From the sequence record OR770614.1: a DNA stretch of 64,000 bases. One strand, 5' to 3'. The notes under the pieces are model-generated. The model was given only the letters and a program-made list of their open reading frames with translations, was not told the origin of the DNA and searched no databases. The position numbers were made by a program, and so were the translations under genes. Numbering within the stretch: position 1 is the first letter of the stretch; the number at the start of each line of letters is the position of its first letter. This document shows, one piece after another, positions 30,337-39,873 of the stretch.

Positions 30337-32253
30337 ATGTCTAAAAAAATAAATAAAACAGATTTAAATGAAGAAGATATGTTTTTATATGAAGGAAATG
30401 ATTTAGATAGTAATGATGAAGAATTAAAACGAGATATTCCTGAAGATGAAGAAGAAATTGAAGAAACTTTCAATAAATTAATCAATGAAGAAGAAATTGA
30501 TGATGAAGAATCTGATGATCTTGATGAAGTAGAAGATGCTGAAGAAGAAGATGATGTAAAAGTTATTGATTCTGATGATCCTGAATACGATGATCCTATT
30601 ATCTTAGATAAAGATGATGTAGTTGATGATGATACTGCAAATAATGACATTCAAGAGAATCTTTTATTTAATGAAGATGATAAAGAAGATGAAGAAAAAA
30701 CACAACCTGGTTATACTGAATTAAGAGCTAAATTCTTAGATTCTCAAATGGTAGTTCCTACTACTTTTGGTCCTCATTCAACTTATGGAGTTAATACATC
30801 CAGTGCAAATACTTCAGCACCTTCCGTTAGTGATGGAGGAATGTCAACAGCTAACGGTACAGCTAGTGTTGGAGGAGCAGTTACTGAAACTTATTTATAC
30901 AATAAAGATCCTAAACCTGAATTTACTTTTGTAGATTTAAAAAATGCTTTGTTAGATACTGATGCCGAAGTAGGATATACAATAGGTACACCTGAATCTA
31001 GTGAAGTAAAAAATCAAAGTAAAAATATTGTTGCGAATGAAGCTTATGTAGATGAGGAAAATAAAGCATTTCCTTTTGTTAAAGTAAATGAAAATTACGA
31101 TACTGCTATTGTAAAAGCTTTTAATGGTGAAGTTAAGAAAATTAGTGAATCCATTTTAAATACTTTTAAATTAGAATCTAAAAGTAGAAAACAAATTTTT
31201 GTTACTAATGAATCAATTGAAACTATGCGTGGATTATTAAATGAAACTGGAAAAATTAAAAACGGTCAACAAATTTGTGAAGATTGTGGTAGTAAACTTT
31301 CTCTTAATGAATCCAATGAATTAATCTGTGAAAATTGTAATAAAGATATAAATGAAGCAATTAAACAAGAAAAAGAAGTTGGAGAAGTTATCTGCAATGA
31401 GTGTGGGGTACAAGAAGAAGTTGACCCTAACGTTAATGAAGCTGAATTAGTTTGTGAAAATTGTGGTTCTGATGATGTTGAATTTAAAACTAAAGTTATT
31501 AATGAATTTGAAACTAATGAAGAATTTTCACCTAAAGATTTATTAAGATATGCAACTACAATTTCCGAATCATTAGGTAAACGTGTAGATATAGTTGTAT
31601 CTAAAGAATCTTATTCACAAATTCCTTCTGTATATGATCCATCTTCTTTACTTGTAGATAAAGTTGACTTTGGTAAAGGATTTAAAAAGGTAATTGTTGT
31701 GGCTCCTAAAGGAAATAAATTACTTAAAGAACTTTATACTAGTAATGAAATTGATTTTGATTCACTTAAAGAAGAATTCAATAGTCAATTAATACAACGT
31801 GTCACTAATGAATCACTAAATGGAATTTTAGAAAACTTTTTAAATCCTTTAGATGAAGTTGATCATAGTGTAAAAGAAGAACTTAATAATAATGAAGTTG
31901 ATCTAGAACAATTAGAAGAATCAATTAATGCTGAAATGAAAAATAAAGATGAAGTATTATATGAAGGTCATCAAGAGTCTTTAGAAGAATTCTATGAAGA
32001 TATTGTTTTTGAAGCTTATGAAAATGTACCTAATAAAGATGAAGAAAAATTCAAAAAAGCTTTAAGTGAAAATATCAATGATCTTAATATCAATAAAGAA
32101 ATTAAAGTTAGTGAATCATCATTAATTATCAATGGAAAAACTATTGATTTTGAAGATAAAAGTGAAAAAGAATTAAAAGAAATGCTAATGAATGAAAGTA
32201 GATTAGAACAAAATCTATTGAACGAAAATATTTTTAAAATTATTAATGGTTAG
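30337..32253 (+). CDS. Acidic putative scaffold/head protein with two Zn ribbons
   Basis: 638 aa, very D/E-rich, many x-N-E motifs; CEDCG..CENC and CNECG..CENCG. Confidence 0.5.
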   Translation: MSKKINKTDLNEEDMFLYEGNDLDSNDEELKRDIPEDEEEIEETFNKLINEEEIDDEESDDLDEVEDAEEEDDVKVIDSDDPEYDDPIILDKDDVVDDDTANNDIQENLLFNEDDKEDEEKTQPGYTELRAKFLDSQMVVPTTFGPHSTYGVNTSSANTSAPSVSDGGMSTANGTASVGGAVTETYLYNKDPKPEFTFVDLKNALLDTDAEVGYTIGTPESSEVKNQSKNIVANEAYVDEENKAFPFVKVNENYDTAIVKAFNGEVKKISESILNTFKLESKSRKQIFVTNESIETMRGLLNETGKIKNGQQICEDCGSKLSLNESNELICENCNKDINEAIKQEKEVGEVICNECGVQEEVDPNVNEAELVCENCGSDDVEFKTKVINEFETNEEFSPKDLLRYATTISESLGKRVDIVVSKESYSQIPSVYDPSSLLVDKVDFGKGFKKVIVVAPKGNKLLKELYTSNEIDFDSLKEEFNSQLIQRVTNESLNGILENFLNPLDEVDHSVKEELNNNEVDLEQLEESINAEMKNKDEVLYEGHQESLEEFYEDIVFEAYENVPNKDEEKFKKALSENINDLNINKEIKVSESSLIINGKTIDFEDKSEKELKEMLMNESRLEQNLLNENIFKIING

Positions 32254-32303
32254 AATTTTATAACATTATTATATAATATTAATTATTTTTCGCTGTTTTG
32301 AAT

Positions 32304-32388
32304 AAATACCCTAATACATTACTAAACGATGAGCCAATTTAAATATAAGAGACAATCATCGGTTTACAAGTGTATTAGGGGGATTTAT
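32304..32388 (+). promoter_or_regulatory. Structured 5' leader of the fibre operon (palindrome-family stem with inserted inner stem-loop)
   Basis: CCCTAATACA/TGTATTAGGG outer stem enclosing AAACGATGA/TCATCGGTTT; late promoter at 32262-32273 upstream. Confidence 0.45.
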
Positions 32389-32421
32389 TTGAAAAATTTA
32401 AACAGAAAGTAGGAGAAACTC

Positions 32422-33576
32422 TTGAATAATGAAGATGGTAAAATTCTAATAACGGTCCCACATAGAACATATATACCCAATAAAGGAATGGGACCAATAA
32501 ATAAACCTTTTTATGTTGATAAAGATATTTTAAAATTGTATGACTTAATGAACATACAATATAAAAGAATAACTGAGTATGATTATGTTGATATAAATGA
32601 AGATGGAAAATATGAAGTTGAAGAAATTAAATCAGTAGAAGAATTTATTGAACTAAAGTATCTACAAATTAATGAAATACTTAAACAAATAAAGATTATG
32701 TCTAATGACAGTGAAAAGATTAATAAAGAAATGGAAGATAAATTTAACAAAGTTAAAGAAAATTTAATCAATACTGATAATCTTGATGCATACTTAAGTG
32801 ATCTTGATGAATTTAAAAACAACATAGAAAATAAAAAATCAGATCTTCAATCTGAAAAAGAAGATGTGATTTCAACAATAGAAGATATGAATACTAAGTT
32901 GAATGATATGAAAGCCACTTTATCTGATTTTGAAAAAGTCAAAGAACAGTTCAATAGTAATTATAACAATACAATGAGTCTTAATGATGAAATGCAAAGT
33001 TTAAGTGAAACTGTAAATTATATTAAGGATATGGAAAATAGTGTAATTAAGGTTGAAGAAAAATTAAATCTTATAAAAGATAAATCTGAAGAATTAAAAT
33101 CTTCACAAGATTCATTTAATAATAGAATAAACGATTTTGAAAATAATTTATTAGATTATAAAGAGAATCTTAAAAATTATATGATAGAAAATGCTGAAAT
33201 GTATAAAGGTGATCCAGGCAAACAAGGACCTAAAGGCGATCCTTTCAAATACTCTGACTTTACTCAAGAGCAGTTAAATGGATTAAAAGGTGAAAAAGGA
33301 GATAAATTAACTTTTAATGATTTAACTAGCGAAGAAAAAGAAGAATTAAAAGGTGAAAAAGGAGATAAATTAACTTTTAATGATTTAACTACTAAAGATA
33401 AAGAAGAATTAAAAGGTGAAAAAGGCGACCCCTTCAAATATTCTGATTTTACAGAGGAACAATTATCTAACTTAAAAGGTGAAAAAGGCGATTCAGCACC
33501 TCCTAAAGTTTTTACTAGAGAAGAGTATGAAACTTTAGAAGAAAAAGACCCTAATACTCTTTACTTTATTATATAG
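32422..33576 (+). CDS. Fibre-like protein: coiled coil plus collagen-like GEKGD repeats
   Basis: 384 aa, TTG start; ~60-nt tandem repeats at ~33225-33495; C-terminal TREEYETLEEKDPNTLYFII motif. Confidence 0.65.
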   Translation: MNNEDGKILITVPHRTYIPNKGMGPINKPFYVDKDILKLYDLMNIQYKRITEYDYVDINEDGKYEVEEIKSVEEFIELKYLQINEILKQIKIMSNDSEKINKEMEDKFNKVKENLINTDNLDAYLSDLDEFKNNIENKKSDLQSEKEDVISTIEDMNTKLNDMKATLSDFEKVKEQFNSNYNNTMSLNDEMQSLSETVNYIKDMENSVIKVEEKLNLIKDKSEELKSSQDSFNNRINDFENNLLDYKENLKNYMIENAEMYKGDPGKQGPKGDPFKYSDFTQEQLNGLKGEKGDKLTFNDLTSEEKEELKGEKGDKLTFNDLTTKDKEELKGEKGDPFKYSDFTEEQLSNLKGEKGDSAPPKVFTREEYETLEEKDPNTLYFII

Positions 33577-33581
33577 AAAGG

Positions 33582-34322
33582 ATGGCTAAAATGATAAATA
33601 TAGGAAGTCTTAAATCATCTTTTCTATATAAAGGTAAAGATTTAATCTATCCGAATCCTATTAAAGATGGTTTAATTCTATGGTATGATTTTGCAAGCAT
33701 GAAAAATGATAGTGCTAATAAAAGTATTGCAAAAAATATGATAAATATTGATAATGATGGAAAATTAAATAATTTTGCTTTTAATAGTGAAAGTGGATAT
33801 AGTAATAATAATCTTAATTTTGACGGAATAGATGACAAGATAATTGTTGATGGATCTGATGGCAGATTTATGTTAGATAGTTTAACTGTAGAATGGACTG
33901 GAAAAATGAATGCAACTGAAAATAGTGGAACAAATCATATAATATATTGTGGTTATTATATGGGCTGGTCCTTAACTTATCATGATTCAAATCAATTGAT
34001 GTTGTGCATGAAAAATTCTTTAAAGGAAGATGGATGGAATAGAAATTACTTATCAAGAACCGTATTTGAAGTTGGTTCAGAAGCTTTTCACTTTACTGCA
34101 GTTTTCAGTCCTAATGGAATTAAATGTTATATTAATGGAGATTATAAAGAAAACGGATCAAACACTACAGAAATAAAACCTCAATATGAAAAAATGTTTG
34201 ATATAGAGATTATGAATGATTTAGAAGGAAGTTTAATGTCAACTAGAATATATAACAGAACTCTTACTGAAGAAGAAATCAAACATAATTATCAGTTAGA
34301 AAAAGAAAGATGGGGGTTATAA
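33582..34322 (+). CDS. LamG/concanavalin-like lectin-domain virion protein
   Basis: IKDGLILWYDF, FDGIDD, IYNRTLTEEEIKHNY. Confidence 0.7.
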   Translation: MAKMINIGSLKSSFLYKGKDLIYPNPIKDGLILWYDFASMKNDSANKSIAKNMINIDNDGKLNNFAFNSESGYSNNNLNFDGIDDKIIVDGSDGRFMLDSLTVEWTGKMNATENSGTNHIIYCGYYMGWSLTYHDSNQLMLCMKNSLKEDGWNRNYLSRTVFEVGSEAFHFTAVFSPNGIKCYINGDYKENGSNTTEIKPQYEKMFDIEIMNDLEGSLMSTRIYNRTLTEEEIKHNYQLEKERWGL

Positions 34323-34324
34323 TT

Positions 34325-35149
34325 ATGAATACAATTAGATTAGGCAATAATCCCATATCTTTTGTTTATCAAGGTAGTAAATTAATATACCCTAACCCAA
34401 TTAAAGATGGATTAGTTTTATGGTATGATTTTAATGGTATGAAAAATATTGATACTAATAAAGGTGTTACCAAAGATCTAACTGGAAGATCTACTGAAAA
34501 TACACAACATTTTAATTTCCTATATAACTCTGAAAGTGGTTATAATAAAGGATTAAAATTTGATGGTATTGATGATAGAATTATACCTATGGCAAAACAC
34601 CCTGACGGAACGGTAAGTCAGTTAGATATGAAGAAAATTAACAATGGTCAAAAATTTTCAGTTGAAATGACACTAAAAATGTCAGATAAACTTATAGAAA
34701 AAGGATCTGAAATTTTTATGACCAGTAAAACATATGGTAGATTTTGGTTACAGTTTATAAAGGACAATAATATAGTTTCTTCTGAGGAATATAGTATTTC
34801 TGCTTCTACTTACTATGGAGCTGAAGGTGGTAGAAGTACCTATTCATTTAGTAAATCAGAAGGATATAAATATGGCGATGAATTTCATCTAGTATCTACA
34901 GTTGATAAAAACGACAAAATTACATTATATGTAAATGGGGTAAAAAAGGATGAGAAACCTTTAAATGATATTACAATTACAACTTCTCAAGAAACAGATT
35001 TTAAAGTATTTTTAGGTCAAGGAGATGCTACAGCTTATTATAGAAGATTTGAACATGAACTCTATTCAATGAAAATTTACGATAGAGTGCTTACTGAACA
35101 AGAAATTCAGTACAACTATAATTTAGAAAAAGAAAGGTGGAACTTGTAA
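34325..35149 (+). CDS. LamG/concanavalin-like lectin-domain virion protein (paralog)
   Basis: IKDGLVLWYDF, FDGIDD, IYDRVLTEQEIQYNY; start taken at ATG 34325. Confidence 0.7.
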   Translation: MNTIRLGNNPISFVYQGSKLIYPNPIKDGLVLWYDFNGMKNIDTNKGVTKDLTGRSTENTQHFNFLYNSESGYNKGLKFDGIDDRIIPMAKHPDGTVSQLDMKKINNGQKFSVEMTLKMSDKLIEKGSEIFMTSKTYGRFWLQFIKDNNIVSSEEYSISASTYYGAEGGRSTYSFSKSEGYKYGDEFHLVSTVDKNDKITLYVNGVKKDEKPLNDITITTSQETDFKVFLGQGDATAYYRRFEHELYSMKIYDRVLTEQEIQYNYNLEKERWNL

Positions 35150-35370
35150 TGAAATTTGTAATTGCAAATGTAGAATTTTTTGAGAAATTAGGATATAGTA
35201 CTAAATATTGGAGAAAATCTGTAGATGGAAATAAAACTATTTGTCATCTAGAATATGCTGAAATTTTAGATAATGGAATTCAAGAGGAAGAAAATGTTTT
35301 AGTTGTTGATGCAGCTGAAGCCCAAGATATTATGAATACTGAAGAATGGTCTAGTAAAGAAGAAGAATAA
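35149..35370 (+). CDS. Small hypothetical protein (possible fibre chaperone)
   Basis: 73 aa; TAATG translational coupling with the upstream gene. Confidence 0.5.
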   Translation: MKFVIANVEFFEKLGYSTKYWRKSVDGNKTICHLEYAEILDNGIQEEENVLVVDAAEAQDIMNTEEWSSKEEE

Positions 35371-35411
35371 GAACAAGTAAATATAATAAAAATAAATGGA
35401 GGAAATTTTTT

Positions 35412-36374
35412 ATGGCTAAAAAACATATCGGTACATGGAACGGTGTTCCTGTATATACTGATTTTTTACCAATAGGTACTCGTAGAGCTGGAGATAAGCT
35501 TAACGGACCTAAATTTATTGTTGCTCATGACACTGGGAACCCTAACACTACAGCACAAAATAATGTAGATTACTACCGTAATTCATATAATATTGATTGG
35601 AATTATACAGCATCAGCTCATATCTTTGTTGATGATAAAGAATGTATTATCTGTGTTCCTTTAGATGAAAAAGCATGGCACGTTATGTATGGTACACCTA
35701 CAGATAATGCTTGGTATGGAGTGGATGCAAACGATTCAGCAATTGGAGTAGAAGGATGTTACTTCTCAGACCGTAATCGTTCATTAAAATCATTTGATAA
35801 TTACTGTCGTGTATTAGCTTATTTATGTAAAACATATAAGATTAACGCTAGCACAAATATGCCTGGACATCAAGATATTCAGGCAGATAAACAAGATCCA
35901 GGTAACTTATTAGCTGCGTGCGGTATGTCTCGTAGTGTTTCTAATGTAGATAAAAAAGTATTAGCTTATATGAAATCTGGTGTTACTTCGACTGCAAAAG
36001 ACAGTAAAACAACTAAAGTTGCTACTAAAGAAGAAGTTGCTAAGAAAGCTCCAGCTAAACCGGCTAAAACTTCAACTGTAACTTCTAAAACTTGGAAACG
36101 TAATTCTGCAGGAATTCTATGGAAAACTGAAAAAGCTACATTTAAATGTGGTGTTTCAGTAGGTATTAAAACTCGTAAAGGTGGTCCATGGACTGGATGG
36201 CCGCAAGGTCCATTTATGGCTAAAGGAGATACTATTAAATATGATGAAATTCAAGATTTTGATGGTTATATTTGGGTATCAGGTAACTTTAAAGGTCAAT
36301 ATGTTTATGTACCGGTTGGTAAATCAACAGGAAATGGTAAACGTGTAGGGCCAGCATGGGGTACATTTAGTTAA
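35412..36374 (+). CDS. N-acetylmuramoyl-L-alanine amidase (Amidase_2) with SH3b cell-wall-binding domain
   Basis: IVAHDTGN, SAHIFVD, AWHV, E-C, GHQDI..KQDPG; C-terminal IKYDEIQDFDGYIWVS; late promoter 35372-35383. Confidence 0.9.
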   Translation: MAKKHIGTWNGVPVYTDFLPIGTRRAGDKLNGPKFIVAHDTGNPNTTAQNNVDYYRNSYNIDWNYTASAHIFVDDKECIICVPLDEKAWHVMYGTPTDNAWYGVDANDSAIGVEGCYFSDRNRSLKSFDNYCRVLAYLCKTYKINASTNMPGHQDIQADKQDPGNLLAACGMSRSVSNVDKKVLAYMKSGVTSTAKDSKTTKVATKEEVAKKAPAKPAKTSTVTSKTWKRNSAGILWKTEKATFKCGVSVGIKTRKGGPWTGWPQGPFMAKGDTIKYDEIQDFDGYIWVSGNFKGQYVYVPVGKSTGNGKRVGPAWGTFS

Positions 36375-36389
36375 TTTATTAATTTAATT

Positions 36390-36418
36390 GTCCTAACGTT
36401 CATATAGAGCGTTAGGAC
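36390..36418 (+). terminator. Intrinsic terminator
   Basis: GTCCTAACGTTC/GAGCGTTAGGAC stem followed by T-rich sequence. Confidence 0.75.
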
Positions 36419-36489
36419 TTATTTCTTTAATAGAAGAACAGGTTATTATAAATATATAAAATGGAATAAAGAAAGGATTTGAATTCTAT

Positions 36490-37287
36490 ATGAAAACAAA
36501 AACTCAAGCTCTTGATTGGGTTAATAGTCGTATTGGTCGTAGACTAGATTTTGATGGTTGGTATGGAGCTCAGTGTATGGATTTAACTATAGGTTACTGT
36601 AATTATATCTCAGGTGGTTCTTTCCGTCCTTGGGGTAATGCAATTAATCTTAAAGACAACACAATGCCAGCTGGATGGAAATTAATTAAAAATACTCCAT
36701 CATTCTTACCTCAACCTGGTGATATTGCTATTTGGGCTTATGCACCTTATGATGTTTATGGTCATACAGGTATTATTACTTCAGCTAACTTAAATAACTT
36801 CTATTCAGTTGACCAAAACTGGTTTAATGCAGGAAGTAACGGTTCACCGGCAGCTAAAGTATTTCATGATTATACAGGTTTCTGGGGAGTAATTCGTCCA
36901 GCTTTTGGTAGTACATCTACTAAGAAAGCAACTCCTAAGAAAGCGGCTCCTAAGAAAAAAGTAGTTAAAAAAGCAGCTACTAAGAAAGCAGCTACAACTG
37001 CTACTTGGAAACGTAATTCTGCAGGAATTCTATGGAAAACTGAAAAAGCTAAATTCACATGTAATGTTTCTTCAGGAATTATTACTCGTAAAAATGGTCC
37101 ATGGACTGGATGGGCTCAAGGTCCATTTATGAAGAAAGGTGATACTATTAAATATGATGAAATTCAAGATTTCGATGGACATATTTGGGTATCAGGTAAC
37201 TTTAAAGGTCAATATGTTTATGTACCAATTGGTAAATCAAATGGTAAAGGACAACGTATTGGTGCTGCATGGGGTACATTTAGTTAA
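36490..37287 (+). CDS. CHAP-domain endolysin with SH3b domain
   Basis: DFDGWYGAQCMDL, PQPGDIAIW, YGHTGII, DQNW; SH3b near-identical to that of the amidase; late promoter 36437-36448. Confidence 0.9.
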   Translation: MKTKTQALDWVNSRIGRRLDFDGWYGAQCMDLTIGYCNYISGGSFRPWGNAINLKDNTMPAGWKLIKNTPSFLPQPGDIAIWAYAPYDVYGHTGIITSANLNNFYSVDQNWFNAGSNGSPAAKVFHDYTGFWGVIRPAFGSTSTKKATPKKAAPKKKVVKKAATKKAATTATWKRNSAGILWKTEKAKFTCNVSSGIITRKNGPWTGWAQGPFMKKGDTIKYDEIQDFDGHIWVSGNFKGQYVYVPIGKSNGKGQRIGAAWGTFS

Positions 37288-37297
37288 TTAAGTTCTT

Positions 37298-37322
37298 AAA
37301 GGGATTTTTATAAAATCCCTTT
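37298..37322 (+). terminator. Intrinsic terminator
   Basis: AAAGGGATTTT/AAAATCCCTTT stem. Confidence 0.7.
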
Positions 37323-37372
37323 TTAACTTTTTTATATAATAAAATAATAAAGATGAAAGGAAAGAAAATTAT

Positions 37373-37897
37373 ATGTTAAATTTCAATGAAGATAATAATT
37401 TCATTATTATTAATGAAAAAGCATTTGTTCCTGGTAAAGGTAAAGGTCCTTTTGTTAAACCATTTGTGGCTACAGGATCTCAAATTCGTTTATATAGACG
37501 TTTAGGTTTACAAGTAACAATAGTGGATGAAAATTATGAATATCCTAGTGATAAAGATAATAAAAAAGAAGAAAAAGCTGAAAAGAATGAAGAAGTCAAT
37601 GTTGAAGAAAATAATGATACAACAACTGAGACAAAGAAAGATGAGGAAAGCGACTCTTCAGAAAGCAAAGAAGAGAGCGAAGTTTCTGAAGAAAGTAATG
37701 AAGAACATTCAACTGATGAAAAAGTAGATGAACCTCAAGAAGATAATTCTAAAGAAGAATCAGAAATTAGTGAAGAAGATTTAAATGAATTCACTGTTGC
37801 TGAACTTAAAGATGAATTAGATTCAAAAGGCATTGAATATGCAAATAATGCACGTAAAAAAGATTTAATTGAATTATTAAAAGAAAACTCAAAATAA
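37373..37897 (+). CDS. Acidic protein with C-terminal HeH/LEM/SAP-like helix pair
   Basis: 174 aa; LNEFTVAELKDELDSKGIEYANNARKKDLIELL. Confidence 0.6.
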   Translation: MLNFNEDNNFIIINEKAFVPGKGKGPFVKPFVATGSQIRLYRRLGLQVTIVDENYEYPSDKDNKKEEKAEKNEEVNVEENNDTTTETKKDEESDSSESKEESEVSEESNEEHSTDEKVDEPQEDNSKEESEISEEDLNEFTVAELKDELDSKGIEYANNARKKDLIELLKENSK

Positions 37898-37917
37898 GAA
37901 AGGAAGTTTAACTAATA

Positions 37918-39825
37918 ATGGCAACTACTAACTTTTATAAAGTGAAAGTATTAGATGAAAAAATAATTCCATTTTTAGGTTATAAAGAATACGGTCCTAG
38001 AGAAAATGTTATTCTTTCTGGTAGCGATTTAGCTAGTTTAAAACAAGCTGGCTGGACTATTACTGATGTTACACCTTTACCTGAAACTGGAAAAATTAAA
38101 TATGATAGACGTACTATCTATTTCAAAACTGAAGGAGAACAAAATAAATTTATTAACGTTCCTTTCTATGTAAATCCTATTGATGCTCGTGATGTATTTG
38201 GTTTACTTAAATTTGATTTAATCAAATTATCTGATAAAACAGTTGTAAGTACACATAATGTTAAAGAAATTAAAAATGAAATATTAAGTATACCTACTTC
38301 TGATCTTGAAATTGGTGAAGAATACAAATTAAGATTATACTTCCCTAAAGATGCAGATGAAAACTATGACATCGCTATTTCTGAAGGTTATAAAGATCTT
38401 TTTGAAAGAGTACATGATGAAGTATTTATTCAAGTAAAAGAATACGGTAAAATTACAGGTCGTCTTGTTCAATTACAACAAGATATTAATGTATATAAAG
38501 AATCTGTATTACCTTTAGAGAAAATTGTAGGATATAAAGACTTTGATTCTAAAGAAGTAACTCCTATAAGTAAAGAGAATTTATTACAATTATTATCAGT
38601 TGAAGTTAGTGATACTAGCTTTGCTAAATTTGAACGTAATAAAAATCGCTTATTCTTCTATAGTAAAGAAGGAAAAATAGTTGTTAAAGTTATTGAAAGA
38701 AACATTCAAGACAATATCATTAACTTTAATGTACGTATTTTAAGTGAAGAAACTGCACAAAAAGAAATTGATAAAAAACTTGAATATTCTGTTTATAATC
38801 CTAAAGATGGAAAATTTGAAAGCATTAATCAAACTAAAAGTATAACTGTTACTCCAGAAACAGTTAATATTGAAGCAGAAGGAACTCAAAAATTAGAAGT
38901 TACTACTGAACCAGAAGGAAGAAAAGTAAGCTTTGAATTAAAAGACGGTTCTGAATTTGCTTCATTAGATAATAACGGAAATATTACTGGTATTTCTGAA
39001 GGAACTGCAACTGTTACAGTTAAATCAGATAATGTTTCTAAAGATGTAAAGGTTAATGTAAGCCGTTTAAAGACTAAGAGTCTAACTGTTACTCCAGAAG
39101 AAATTAACATAGACGCAGAATCATCTCAACAGTTAGACGTTAAACTACAACCATCTACAAATGTTGTAAATTATTCTATTACTGAAGGATCTGAATTTGC
39201 TTCAGTTAATAGTAGCGGTCTTATAACTGCTAAAGCTGTAGGAACTGCTAAAGTTAAAGTAAGTTCTGATTCTATTAGTAAGACAGTTAATGTTAATGTA
39301 ACTAGAGTAAAAACTAAAAATCTAACTGTTACTCCACAGACAGTTAGTATAGATGCAGAATCAACTAAACAGTTAACTGCAACTACAGATCCTAAAGGAA
39401 ACCCTGTAAGTTATTCTATTACTGAAGGATCTGAATTTGCTTCAGTTGACAATAACGGTCTTGTAACCGCTAAAGATGTAGGAACTGCTAAAGTTAAAGT
39501 TGTTTCTGATAGCGTAAGTAAGACAGTTAGTGTTAATGTAACTAGAGTAAAAACTAAAAATCTAACAGTTACTCCTAATAGTGTTGATATGAAAGATAAT
39601 GAAACTCAACAATTAACAATAACTACAGATCCTAAAGGAAACCCTGTAAGTTATTCTATTACTGAAGGATCTGAATTTGCTTCAGTTAACAACAGTGGTC
39701 TTGTAACTGCTAAAGCTGCAGGAACTGCTAAAGTTAAAGTTACTTCTGATAGTGTAAGTAAAGATGTTAGTATTAATATTTCTACTTCACAAGTAGAAGA
39801 AACTCCAGAAGGAACTTCAGAATAA
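37918..39825 (+). CDS. Ig-like (Big_2) repeat virion surface protein
   Basis: 635 aa; four 80-aa repeats with ASV..SGLVTAKAVGTAKVKV. Confidence 0.85.
   Translation: MATTNFYKVKVLDEKIIPFLGYKEYGPRENVILSGSDLASLKQAGWTITDVTPLPETGKIKYDRRTIYFKTEGEQNKFINVPFYVNPIDARDVFGLLKFDLIKLSDKTVVSTHNVKEIKNEILSIPTSDLEIGEEYKLRLYFPKDADENYDIAISEGYKDLFERVHDEVFIQVKEYGKITGRLVQLQQDINVYKESVLPLEKIVGYKDFDSKEVTPISKENLLQLLSVEVSDTSFAKFERNKNRLFFYSKEGKIVVKVIERNIQDNIINFNVRILSEETAQKEIDKKLEYSVYNPKDGKFESINQTKSITVTPETVNIEAEGTQKLEVTTEPEGRKVSFELKDGSEFASLDNNGNITGISEGTATVTVKSDNVSKDVKVNVSRLKTKSLTVTPEEINIDAESSQQLDVKLQPSTNVVNYSITEGSEFASVNSSGLITAKAVGTAKVKVSSDSISKTVNVNVTRVKTKNLTVTPQTVSIDAESTKQLTATTDPKGNPVSYSITEGSEFASVDNNGLVTAKDVGTAKVKVVSDSVSKTVSVNVTRVKTKNLTVTPNSVDMKDNETQQLTITTDPKGNPVSYSITEGSEFASVNNSGLVTAKAAGTAKVKVTSDSVSKDVSINISTSQVEETPEGTSE
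38841..39790 (+). repeat. Four tandem 240-nt Ig-domain repeats
   Basis: TAAC(T/A)GTTACTCC recurs in register near 38842, 39082, 39322 and 39562. Confidence 0.9.
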
Positions 39826-39841
39826 AAAAAATAATAAAATT

Positions 39842-39873
39842 TCCCCAATACCTAAATTAATAGGTATTGGGGA
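39842..39873. terminator. Palindrome family member
   Basis: TCCCCAATACCT-AAATTAAT-AGGTATTGGGGA between convergent genes. Confidence 0.8.

Noticed and set aside
32304-32388. Known riboswitch (c-di-GMP-I, SAM-I, PreQ1)
   Set aside because: Only 3-5 nt motif resemblances; the conserved cores are missing
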